A DNA stretch of 64,000 nt, from positions 641,005 through 705,004 of the forward strand of contig NMRA01000193.1 in assembly GCA_002633005.1 (NCBI GenBank), read 5' to 3'. The stretch's first letter is position 1; the number at the start of each line of letters is the position of its first letter. Source of the stretch: Phoronis australis (Eukaryota; Animalia; Phoronida). The notes under the pieces were generated by a model. That model saw only the letters and a list, made by a program, of their open reading frames with translations. It ran no database searches and was not told the origin of the DNA. Position numbers and translations under genes: made by a program. Positions 39,755 to 51,700 of this stretch are shown here, piece after piece.

Positions 39755-41488
39755 TAAGCATAACAATAAGTTGCTAACGTCCCGTCACATTAGCTAAATC
39801 CCTTTTCTTAGAAGAGCCTTTGGACAACAGCATTTTGGAGAAAATGACACTGGATTCACTCGGTCGTTTGATGTAACGAACGGTGAATACGCAGACACAA
39901 CTCTACCCGTTTACGGGCCCTTGCAACGCGGCAGCAAATTACATACATGTTAAGAGACAGTCTATATAAAAACCAGTAGATTTTCAAAAATCAATCTATA
40001 CGTCAAAATTCAAAATAACTTCTTGTTTTGTGCATGGATAGGTATCCTAACAAAATTCTTAGTGCCACAATTTGTGCACTCAATGACCCCTAACATCGCT
40101 GCTGGAGCACTACACCGCAAATGGTCATATTGGCCGTCTCCAAAATTGTACGTTTTCAGCAAAGAAAATAAGTAACTTTCAAAACAGATTGAAAAGTGTA
40201 CTTTGGCGGTTGGAATAACCAATGTATATTGTAAATAAATATTTGGCATTTACTCAAATTTGACGGGTTTGTGATAAACAGGGAAGATAATCCACAGACC
40301 ACTTTTCCTAGCTAATTTTGGTGGTCGTATATGTGACCCTCTTACCGCCATATTGCACCTTGTAGCTTTATGTAACTTTTTGAACATACAGCTAATAAGT
40401 ACAACTTGATGACTGAGCAAAATGTATTTTGCTTCAACCTCACATTTAGTAAAAACAGTTTTGCAAAGTTGTCGATTTTGGAAATAATGAGCAGAGTTTA
40501 CAGATAAATTGAACGAAATTTAACAAAACAATCTGTTTTTAATTGATACAAAAATCCCTTCTAAGCTCTTTCAAATGGAAACAAGTAGTTTTTTGGATGT
40601 ATTACGCGATCAGTTTCAAAACTGAACCCGCATATCTTTGTCCTGTGAGTCAGTTGACATTAGGTTTGAGGATAATAAACTTGTACATGTAACCCTCTTG
40701 TTTTCTTCCATTATCATTTATTTTACACTTTCAGCTCAATTAAAATGAAATAAATCCCTTTGAAGTTTGAATTTGCAAGAATTGTTATTGTAAAGACTGG
40801 TTTTGAAGCTATCATGTTGTTAAATACTAAATGAAGAGCGAAAGTCATTTCTGTTTCTTTAAAGAGGTTTCATCAAGTGCGATCACAACAGCTTTGTGGC
40901 TTTAGTCTGCCATACTAAAAACACTTCAGAACATCCGAGATACTGTAAAGTACCGCATAAAACAAGGCCAGTGGTAAAGTTTGAGCTTATACTATCCAAA
41001 GTAGAGGTTAATTTGTGACTGAACACTACTAGTCACGAAGTCGAATCATATGCCATGTTCACCGAAGAGAATTTTGTCCCGGTTCTCACCCAAGCAGAAA
41101 GTGTCTGTGCCCAAGATCTCAGAAGAAAATCTGAGCCAGGCATTGTCTTCACCATTTCACGGTGGATATTGGCTCAGTTTGGACAGGCTCAGAATTGGTA
41201 CCACCAAGTGAACCTTCGACTTCAAGAGCAATAAGATCAAGTCACACGGCTTGGAGTTAAATGACTCAGCTTTCGTAGTGCTCGCCATATACATGTATCA
41301 TATTTTTATCGAATTTAATCGTAGCCTGTACTGTAGATACCTCACTAAGTGGCATCCGCAATCCCCGGTTGGTAGCTGTGAAACCCTCAGTTAAGAGATG
41401 GCTGGTGCCCCCCTTTAACAACAGTTGTTTAGCACCCCAACCCCGCCCCCTCTCCGGAAGACGCCCTGCTGCATCTGACCCCCCCCCC

Positions 41489-41541
41489 NNNNNNNNNNNN
41501 NNNNNNNNNNNNNNNNNNNNNNNNNNNNNNNNNNNNNNNNN
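41489..41541. other. Assembly gap (N run) next to a C homopolymer
   Basis: Run of N. Confidence 0.99.
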
Positions 41542-42029
41542 TTTTCGGGGGATTTGTAGGCAACTGTGATTTGAAAACCAAACATAAACACCAAACGTGC
41601 GGCATAAGAACAACATGAAGTAACGGCCATTAAAAACACTGGCATAAAGTAAGTCTCTCAATTCACAATTTACAACTGTCGAGCTAAAGATACCCAAAAT
41701 CATCAAATCTAGAAATTACAGTGTTCCATTAGAATTGTTTTATACTGTTTCATGTAACTAACGCTGTCTCTAGCATAACCGAAGGTCTCAAAAATAATTT
41801 CATATTCATGGAACAGGCCCCCAAAAATGAGTGACATTCATGTTGGGCTACTGCGACGGGGTCAATAAATTTCCAAGATAACGTAAACAGGGTCAGTCCA
41901 CTTGTGGCAGGAGGGGTTGCCGCAAGTAAAACAAGGTAGTTAAGGTGTAATTTGGCGCATTTTAAAGTTCAGTCAATTACAAAATACAAATTAGTGGCTG
42001 ACTTCTGTTCACAATAATTCAAAATTCTA

Positions 42030-42400
42030 CGCTAGTACCGCAGAGCCACGATTTCCTCCACATCAAACTGCGCGATGCCCTGTCGAAGATCATTCTCTCT
42101 TGCAGTAACTTTCAGTTGCTTGCACCCAGATCCATTGTCTTTGCAGGAACGAGACATTGTTCTGCGAGTAAGCTAATCAGAACTGTTTTCTTCAAGTTCT
42201 GTTTGCTCCAACGTAGCCGTACTCACCATGGGTCGATCATCAAACTCATCATGCGACGAGTTGCTGTCATCAGACAATGACTCGTCGCTGTCACTAAATT
42301 CGTCTTCTTCTCCGTCCACAAAGTATTCTTCATTGAGTTCAGTTAATTCTTGCTGATCTTGATTCGGCAGTCCGCGGCAAGTGTCAATCAGATATCAGCT
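42030..42400 (-). pseudogene. Acidic, Cys-containing coding remnant, possibly a DNA-transposase N-terminus
   Basis: LPNQDQQELTELNEEYFVDGEEDEFSDSDES...GSGCKQ...AQFDVEEIVALR with one in-frame stop; family not securely recognised. Confidence 0.3.
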
Positions 42401-42689
42401 ACACGGTGATCACCCATATTGCTGTCTTGTCAACATGCCGTGACCTCGCGACCCCACAATGTCAAGCCCTTTTGACAAATTCCAGCGAATGAGGTCAGCG
42501 ATTTATTAGGTTGAAAGGTCGTAGCAAGCTAAAAGACTAGTGAGTGGCAATTCGGTTGAATTAACCTCGAATGCAATAAGTGAAATTACGTTGAATGATT
42601 GGATGAAAAACTCAAAGAACTTACTACATGCATAACTTACTTGTAAACAGCGACGTCGTTGCTGCTGACCGTCGCTCGTCTTCAGCTGG

Positions 42690-42979
42690 TTAGGAATCGT
42701 CATTGGTCGATTCGGCCCTGATCCAGTACGACCTCCAAAACCCCGGTCCCCTGAGGTGGATCCATACCTCAGGTACTGCGATGGTCATGATGCCAGATGT
42801 TACTTCTTTGCAGCCAGATGTATGCTGAAGGTGCTTCCGCTGCTGCTGAACAGGTCTTTAACAGCTCTTTCCGTGATGTCTTAGTAAGCCCCATAAGCTC
42901 TTGGTGGTAAATCCTCTACAGCGAACATTCACCGGGATGTTGTAACACTTCCACCCATTGTCTGTGCAGTGATGTATCA
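42690..42979 (-). mobile_element. HERO-like non-LTR retrotransposon, 3' end (end of restriction-like endonuclease + UTR)
   Basis: LIHHCTDNGWKCYNIPVNVRCRGFTTKSLWGLL...AAEAPSAYIWLQRS resembles the GW-x-PVEVGCRGF...AE-AS-W tail. Confidence 0.72.
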
Positions 42980-44017
42980 GAGTCACTGCATGAGAAAGTC
43001 AGGCAGATGCGGGAACATAACATGTCACGGATTTTTTGAAATATAGCTTAGTTTTACTCTTAGTTGGAATGGTCAACACCTAAAATAATTTCATTTAAAA
43101 TATCTAACTTCTTCACAGAAAACTGCCCCCTCGAAATTTTGGCTAGTTTATGGCTTCGGAAACCATCAAATTTTATCTTTTTTGGGGCATCACTGTGTAA
43201 CAACGACAAATTAATAGAAACTAAGTATGACATACTGAATAAACACAACTTCTGTCTACATGAAAGTGTAAAACTCATAGTTGAAACGTATTCGCAAATT
43301 AGCTATTTTGTTACTTTTTCAACCCACGTGAGTCAAGCTGTGCAACTGGTGGAAATGCCCTTTATTCGATCGTTATTTCTTTTACCGCGAAAAAACACTC
43401 AGAAAAGTAACATATTACATGTGAAAGCTGAGCCTTTGTAGAGTACATATCTATTAAAACATTTGTGGACAGCGACCTGTGTGTCCTGCATGCTTTGATT
43501 GAAACCACCCACTTTGCTGATATCGGTCGTCCTGTTCGCCATTACTGTCATACTCCCATTAACAAACCAACAACGTTCTAAACATTTATGAGTAACAAAA
43601 AACGATGTCAACAAGATCGTTAAGATTTTTCAAAGCTCGAAATCTGAATTACATTAAAATTCGTGCGGCTAGTGCTCAGAACATTACAGTTAAACCTGAA
43701 ATTACGGCCTCAAAACGATGACAATTGTCGGTCCTGTATCGTCTGCTTGACGTCTAGTAACGTAAAGCGGTTCCGAAAAAATAGTACGTATATTAACACG
43801 AGCCACGCCAAAAATCACACTTGATTGAATGGTTATTGCTAACCATACCTTTTAAGTACCGAAGACCTACGGGGAGCACTGATCCTGTAAATGTGAAAAT
43901 CTTCCGGGTAGTAATTTTTCTCCTGCTCATCTGATGGCGCACCGGTTTACCGAGTGGGAAAAATGAACCTTCTGTTGAACAAGTTGTACTCATTACGCAG
44001 TGCCAAGTCAATATTTT

Positions 44018-44340
44018 CAGGGCGGATCCAGGATTTTGATTTAGGGGGGCCAGGGCACAGGAATAACCAAAATTTCGGCAAATGCGCCCGTCCAGCCTAA
44101 AGCGTGGGGATGCGGGAGTCTCGAATTTTTGGGATTGCGAACCTGTTGACTAAAAAAAACGGAAAAAACGGGGTTTGTTGAGGCCTATGCATTGTTCATT
44201 TGCTCCCCCCTCCGAGCCCCCCTGGTTGCGCTCGTGTGCTAGTCAGCGATTCACACCCGAACTGCCAAATGGTATCTGGTAGAATTTTAGGGGGGCCATG
44301 GCTCCCTTGCCCCCCCCCCCNCCCCCTAAATCCGCCACTG
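44018..44340. mobile_element. hAT-like GC-rich MITE
   Basis: CAGGGCGGATCCAG ... CTAAATCCGCCACTG termini with G/C runs. Confidence 0.6.
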
Positions 44341-47300
44341 ATTGTAGGGCGCGACCAAGCGTTTAACTTTGAGAAATCCTGCATTTTTGGCTACGTATTC
44401 AATGCACGGAAAACGTATATTTGCTTTGCCATTTCTATAGGAGTGTTTTCGCCAACCTCCACTCAACACTTCTTGAAGCAACGTTTCAGCCAGTTGTATT
44501 TACAATTGTCACCGGGACTTCCATTTTAGTGATGCAAAGTAAAGGACTGAAACGTAGTTTCGATGAAGCATTGCAGGTTTAGGTGAGAATGGACCAGAAG
44601 ATTCCAACCGTGATTATAGAACATCCCTAACACAATATGAATTCGAGATGTACATAAAAATACTACATAGGGCCAGGAATGTCATTGGTTAACCTGGGCA
44701 TCAGATGTAAACCACTAGCAGATCCAGAATTTCAAAAAGGGCAATTGCAGTGGTGCTATGAATTTGAAATACAGACAGACTACGAAAATGTGAAATTATT
44801 TTACGTAAGGTATCGGTGAACTTAAGTGATTTATTATCTAATACTCATGGAAACTCTGACTTCCAACACATAGAAAAACACATCAGTGCAGTATTTATTT
44901 CAAAACGCAGCCTTTGGTCATGGTTGACATCGGGCTATTGATAGGACACTTTAGTTTCCCACCCGTAAATTGATTATAGTGCATATGTGTATTATACAAG
45001 TGTGGGTGTTAAAGCTGGTTGTGAACGTTCAGTTTCGGGTATCGAGATCTTTAATCAAAAGAAGTAAAAATGAAACCATGGTCTACATCACACTCTAATT
45101 TTTGTCAACATCATACAAAAACAGGAAAAACGGAAAGTCCCCAAGATTGCATCTCTGGCAGTATGCTTCCAGGGATGTTAATACTATGTAATATATAAAA
45201 CAAGAAATCTCTAGGTGGTGCAGCATACATTATATTCATCTGAAACAAGACAATGCTGTCACATTCTTGCCAAATTCCATACATCAAGATACTTGGTTGA
45301 TAGAGAACCGCTAGAGGATGCCACAGCACTCAGACATGTCGTAAAATTTATGCCGGGCATACTCGCCTAAATAATGTAACACATACGTCAAATTGCACCT
45401 AGATTCATCAACCCAACTTTGTAAATATTGCGGTGCAGATAAACAAACAAATTGCCACACCGGGCGCCTCGGTGATTGCACCCATCAGAAAACCTGTCAG
45501 TCGTGATCATCTCAATAGGAACACATGAGCAAAATTTCAGAACTATCCTCCAAGCAATTTCAAGGACAGAGAGGCTGCTGCCAGAAATAATAATATTTAG
45601 TGGCACAGAATATTTTAAATCCAGCCGAAACTAGCAGTTTGTTCTCGTTTCCTCAACAGAAACAAATATACCATATTGCACGAAAATACATCAAGAAGAA
45701 ACTTGGTAGATATAGAGGCATACATAAAGAAAACCTAAATTGCCTTTAAGCATTGCTGTAGTGGCGCGTAGGCATAGGTAGGCGCAACCAACCACCGTTT
45801 GGCATTTGAACGTAGTGCCTTACGCACCATAAGTTACGTTCAGTGCTCAGGGTGATTTGGTGGGCTTTGGGCGCCTACTTACCCTTAATTTTACCCCTAC
45901 AGCACTACCATTAAAGGCCACCATAGGATATCGTTCAATCAACAATCAGTGTCAGTCGTGCTCATCTCAATGGCAACATTTCTGTACAGGTTACATAGGT
46001 ACGCCAGGAAGTAGGAAAACGTGAGTATCTCGATAACTGAAACTTATTTGCGAAATTTGATGAAAACCAGTCAAGAAACTTGCTCGATAAAGAGACTAAC
46101 ATGAAGAAGTAAAGTTGCCACTAGGGGCCCAGTGGTAGTCAAATACATCCCAAAACTTTCTTGTGTCATCTCATTTGTAAAATTTCAAATCCACCAAGGA
46201 TTTGGAGATGCAGCAGTAGATGCCAGACAAAAAGACCGGATGAAAGCATAATGGGCCTATACACACATGCTTGCAAACAGTCATACAGAACAAGGCAAAA
46301 GTAATCAGACAATACAAATATTTGCCCCACTTGATGGCTGGTCCTGTTAATGCAAAAATGACTGGTAATAATTACCACAGCTAATTACAGAATGTCTTAG
46401 CCACCATACTAACAATCCTGTTTCCCTTCATTTTCAGTCACAAAGGAAGACCACTTTGACCACGACTTCTACTTTTGCCCCAGCTGTCCTGGCAAGGAAT
46501 TCCGGGTTATTTTGTGAGGATACGTTTGACTTGTACTGTATATTAATGTATACAAATAACCTGGAAATGACAGTTAAAGGGGCACTCTTGGCGTGAGAAT
46601 TAATTTCACAGAAAATATCATGAAATCTAACTCACTAGCAACATTACTTCATAGCAATAGACACACCATAAGGTGCACAACAAAAATACAGTAACACTGA
46701 TGATTACGATCTACATGGATACTGCTCAAGATATTCAAACAGCAGTTCTGTGATTGTGTCCTTCGGATCTCGTTTGTTGAGAACACCTCACTGGATCGCT
46801 TTTTGACCAGTTATCAGCCCTTCGTTGAACGCATCACTCAAAAACATCTTTACGCTTTCAGTCATTATTTCAGACCTTTATGATGACTTCAGAGCCCACC
46901 CAATTACGCTGTATGGCTCTCCTGCTGTTTGGGTACTACCTGCCTGCATTTTTACACCTGTAAATGTAAAACTCAATAAGATAGTATATGTTATCTAGTC
47001 CATTGGCAGGCTACCAGAACAACAATTGTCAAACACTCGTGAACACCACTCACACACCTAATTGTAAGCTGATCCCTGTTCACACAAATCACAAACACAG
47101 CTTTTGCAACCAATAACCAGTTCAAAAACTCACGTGACTAAGAATCATATGCATGACTCAGGGAAGACTGTGTGAGGAGTGTTTAAAGGTAAAAAAGCTG
47201 GATGCAACACCAGGAGCCAATCTTTTTGAATGGGTAGCCATGTTTTGTTAATTCACAAAATGAGCTTACAAAATCCAAATGCTGTGGTCATAAGTGAGAG

Positions 47301-47833
47301 AGTTGTGATGTTTGAGTGGTCTGATTGATACATTAATCCACCTAAAAAAATCCAGTCTAAATTTGTGCGAATGTCCAAGCCATGGCTGCGTAGGCTGTTG
47401 AGTAGCATGTTCCACAACAGCTTCACTTTTTGTTGGGTTGTAAAATAGAACATCACACAGCCCATTTCCATGTTGACTATTAAGTCAACTTGGAACAGTC
47501 AGTGACTAAAATGCACAACAAATGTTATATGTCAAACTTATGAATTTGTGATGCCAAATTAAGTTCAACGAGCATGCTGTTAGATCATGAACTTCACCTT
47601 CTATACCAGCGACTTTGGCAGCCCACTTTCTCCCCACATCAGTAGTAATCTTCAAGTGCTGTTGACTGTTTATCATGCCAGCCCATGCTAACTTGCTGCT
47701 TGAGGTCGTTTCGAGAGGCAAAAGCGTTGTTACAGCCATTTTTGGACACTGGAATATCTTCATCTTTCGATTGCTGAAACTAGTGAAAGGTATCAATGAG
47801 GATGCAACATGACATTCCTCAACCACTAGTTCC

Positions 47834-48116
47834 CATAGGCGGATTTAGGGGGGGGGGGCAGGGAGCCCGCAAGCAAAAATGGAACAGCAAGAGCGTGATG
47901 CGCGAGGAAGTACTGAATAAGCAATTAGGATGCGGGGAAGGGGGCGCCCCAGATCGCGTTTCTTGTTTTTTTAGTCCACCGGCAGATTTTCCGAACAGAT
48001 GGTTCACATACCCGGCTCCTGCAACTTTGGGCCTGCTGCACATACACGTGCACTTTGACCGGTTACCCAAGACAACATGTCGGCAACCCCCTCATGGTAT
48101 CCTAGATCCGCCACTG
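47834..48116. mobile_element. hAT-like GC-rich MITE
   Basis: CATAGGCGGATTTAGG ... CCTAGATCCGCCACTG; GTTCC on both sides. Confidence 0.65.
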
Positions 48117-49507
48117 GTTCCACTGGTTTGCAATCAGAAGTAGGATTCTCCAAAACCACTCCATCTCCGATCTCATATGCTTTCCAAGCAACCACTTTTC
48201 TTGTTGAAATACGTAACTTAGTTGTAAGCATTAGAACACAAGTCCTTTTTAAAAATCAAGATATGAAAAAATATTCCATTTCATCAAATATTTAACTTTT
48301 GTTTCAGACCACATACACAGCTGAAACTTGTTCTTAGATGGTATAGAATCACAGCGTGATTTCTGAGAAAAAATAGTCTATGTAATTGTATACAGCCCAT
48401 ACTATGAATTGTTACGTAGCTCACCTTCAAATGAGAAGTTATTAAGTTGACGTAGTCCTGGGATTGAGTGGTGAACATCCTTTGCATTCCTGAGGCTGCA
48501 AACGTACACCTTGGCTTACAACCTCGATACTGCCACATACGATGCTTCGGACAGATGATCTTTGTTCTGGCCAGTTCCTTTGTCTCGCACACTCCCTTTC
48601 GTGCCAGATTGCCAATCAACTCCCATTCTTCCAAGTGATCTAGTGCGTTGACACTTTTCAGGTATTTGACAATATCTTTGTTGTAAGTAACACAGCGGCT
48701 CGCTGGCTTTGCCATTTTCCTTCAGAGCGTGACCTATTTTCGTGAACCTCATTCCGTTTCTTAGCTAAATGTACGTAACGCAATATTTCGCTAAAAGAAC
48801 GTAGAAGCAATTCTGGTTATCCTGAATAAAATTTAATATGAGTTTTTTATTACGATTTACTTCCAATTTGAATCATATTTTTCATGTATTCTGCTTTGCC
48901 GCCCTCTAGTGGTGGCAGTATGAAACAGGTGAAAGTGGTGAAAGTGCCTTCGCTAAAGCGTATATTCGAGAATTAAAAAAGGTGCTGCCCACCGAAATAA
49001 CGATATCTTGTCAAAGACGAGAGCTGCAGGTATCACAGAACCCATGTGTTGGTGGTGTGCGTTTTTGCGCGCTTGAATTACATAGGCCTCTATATAGGTC
49101 TAAATTGGTAGCTGTTTTTGGCCCCTGGAGGCAAGTATTCAAAAGTTCCTTAAAAATATCAAACTAAGTGATTCTGAATTATTTTTGGCATTCTCAATTA
49201 CAGAAATGATAGTTGTGAATAACTCAATCAAAGTTTTATTTTTTAAACGCCCGCAAAGTGGTTTTATTCCCATGGAAACATAGGGCATATAGTTTTCAAC
49301 AGTCGCGCACAAGGGGTTAGGCCATTTTTTCACCCGATTTAATTATTCATTATATATTTACAAAGTGACGAAAGACAAAACCAATTTTTATATTTTTGTA
49401 GCTAATTCACCCCAAGTGATATATATATACTAAATCAAATTTAAAATTTGTGACACGTCATGTTCCCATAATATTGAAAACTGTCTGACGTTCTCATGCA
49501 GTGACTC

Positions 49508-50330
49508 TTGATACTTCAGTGTCTTCCTCTCGTTGGCTTCTTCGATCCTTGTCTTCCATGGCACTGTTAGCTCTATTATAGCCAATTCCTTTAAGCTATC
49601 TGACCATCAAACTATACCAGGCCTCATTGTTGTCACTGCTATGTGTGTTGAGAAAACTGTTCGACTTCCCGGCCAGATCGTCATCTCCAGTCGCTTGACT
49701 TGTGGAAGGATCCTGGTGGTGATTTCCTCTTCCACTACAGCTTTTTTTCCACCCTGCCCTATCGATGTCCAGGATATGTGACACGGTCTTCAGCACTTGG
49801 TTATGCCGCCTGGTGTACTTTCCCTCTACTAGTGCTGCTGTGCACGCTGATAGTATGTGCTGTAAAGTTTCTGGTTCCCTGCATCTATCACATCTGTCGT
49901 CTTCAGATTTCCTCCACAGACCCAAGTTCCGCGACGCGGGAAGTTGATCGTACGCTGCTCTAAGCACAAAGCTGAGTCTCTGACTTTTTAATAACAACAG
50001 ATCCTTTGGAGTGATCTTCTTTCGCAAACAGCCATCCCACGTTGTCCATTCGTTCTGCTTCTTTAAGCCCACCGCTATAGCACCTCTCTTCTCCTCTTCA
50101 GCAATACGTATCTCCTAAAGCACCATATCCCTACGTTCCTTTCCTTTTGTTGTCTTCGACCTCTTAGTTGGTACGAAGCCTAGCCCTTACCTACCCACTA
50201 CTATATTTTTATGCCGCAGTCTGCTCTCAACCTCCGCCAAAGCAGCTACTCATTCCCACTTTGCACCTGCCGTGATCTCAAATCTAGCACTTCTCACCAA
50301 GCTATATTTAGAGTCCCTCAACGTCATCCG
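49508..50330 (-). mobile_element. HERO-like non-LTR retrotransposon fragment (CCHC knuckle + restriction-like endonuclease)
   Basis: SFVLRAAYDQLP...CDRCREPETLQHILSAC...GKYTRRHNQVL, then IIELTVPWKTRIEEANERKTLKYQ; frameshifted. Confidence 0.85.
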
Positions 50331-51149
50331 AAGATAAAAAACACGGGCAGTCAATATTTGTGAACACAATTTTTTGTACTAAGCGATAATCATAAGCGTG
50401 ATTTTGAAAGAATGGTAATTAGTAATACTGTCTAAATTTTCTCTAAAATGTAATTTTTTTACGTTGTTTTGAAAGCTAATTACACGGATCAAGAGGCCCC
50501 CTATTGGTGGTTGGGCAGCTGAGAACAGGCAAATAGGATGAAGTGCAAAAATCTACGGGAGAGATAAGATTTATTTTCATTCTAGATTATGAAGAGGTAA
50601 GGAATGAATTAACAAATTATCACAAGGTCAGTTTTTGAAAAGGTGCAACATTGCTGCTACAGAGGGCAAAACTGGCGGAAAATATCTTCAGTGAAAACCT
50701 GCAAAATAGCCGTTTTTGCCACAGAAAATCAAAATACACCAATTTAAAAAAGAATTTTGAAAGTTTTGCCATTAAACTATTCACTTTAAAACTGTATCAC
50801 TCATTTGTAATCAGCTAGTTAAAAATGCTAGTGAAATCCATTCGGCGCCCAATTTTGTTGAAAAATGGAGGTACATGTCATAAAAAGAAAAAAATGGATG
50901 GAAATTCTTAAAAAACCAAACTTTTCTACATCTTACCAATACATAAAACATGTGATAAGTCTCGGAAAATCTACGATTTTGGGTATATACTGTGCCTGTT
51001 GGTTTTTATACGGAGTCACTCTTAACTAACTATTGAGGTAATATTACAGTGATGAGTTGTTGAACTGCAGTCTACTTGGGGAAGCAGAACGTTGGTTTGA
51101 TCCGATCGACAATGGGCTGCCAGACCCAACAATTTTGCCTTGGTGTGTT

Positions 51150-51700
51150 GCTGAGAAATTCTACTTTATGAATGAAGCCGCTAAGTTTTGAATAGTAATA
51201 TTCCCACCTCTTGTACTCATTTTTTTTTCTTTGACTACTTGTCTGCAGCGAGCGAGGAGCTGTTTCGTTAAGTTTCCGTTACAAATAGGTAGACGTCAGA
51301 AGGGAAGCTTCGTAGTTTCCTTTTGGTCATCAAAACGTGTGTGTTGTATGACGTTATTCTCTAGATAGATACTTAGTCAGATGCGACATTGAGTTCCCTG
51401 CCCGTGGTGATTCTTGGATTCAAATCGGTGACTGTGGGAAATATCTCATTTTGTCAAAACAGCGGCACCTAATTTGCGTCTGATCTCCGTCTCACGTTCA
51501 GATACGCCATAGCTGGAGACATTATAACGCCTTGAATGTTGTTCTACTTGATCTACTCTTGTATTGAGATCACAGGTCTGTTGATTCAGTTCCAATATAA
51601 ATGAACCTGTGTCATAGAACGTGGTGTGTTGCTGAAAACTGTCCCAACGACCCGCTCCTTAATAGATACAATGACTGTCAGAAAGTAAAGCCTTCGGTGA
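51150..51700 (-). mobile_element. LINE ORF1 remnant (coiled-coil/RRM type)
   Basis: LNTRVDQVEQHSRRYNVSSYGVSE...DISHSHR resembles the LEQYSRRNN...G-x-E...HR pattern of CR1/L2/L1 ORF1 proteins; stops present. Confidence 0.6.

Larger units (their letters stand above)
42980..49507 (-). mobile_element. 6.5-kb decayed DNA transposon with GAG...CTC termini (Sola-like, Sola3 suspected)
   Basis: TIR GAGTCACTGCATGAGAA(A/C)GTCAG(G/A)CAG plus a second matching block GGGAACAT(A/G)AC(A/G)TGTCAC; minus-strand remnants LEEWELIG...IICPKHR (48500-48715) and GWALKSS...VKMFLSDAFNEGLITGQK (46800-46905). No clean TSD. Confidence 0.62.

Noticed and set aside
36931-39777. Three similar Lys/Asn-rich ORFs
   Set aside because: Translations of the HINE terminal region and its AAGAAT microsatellite.
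41266-41706. ORFs spanning the N run
   Set aside because: Artefacts of the assembly gap.
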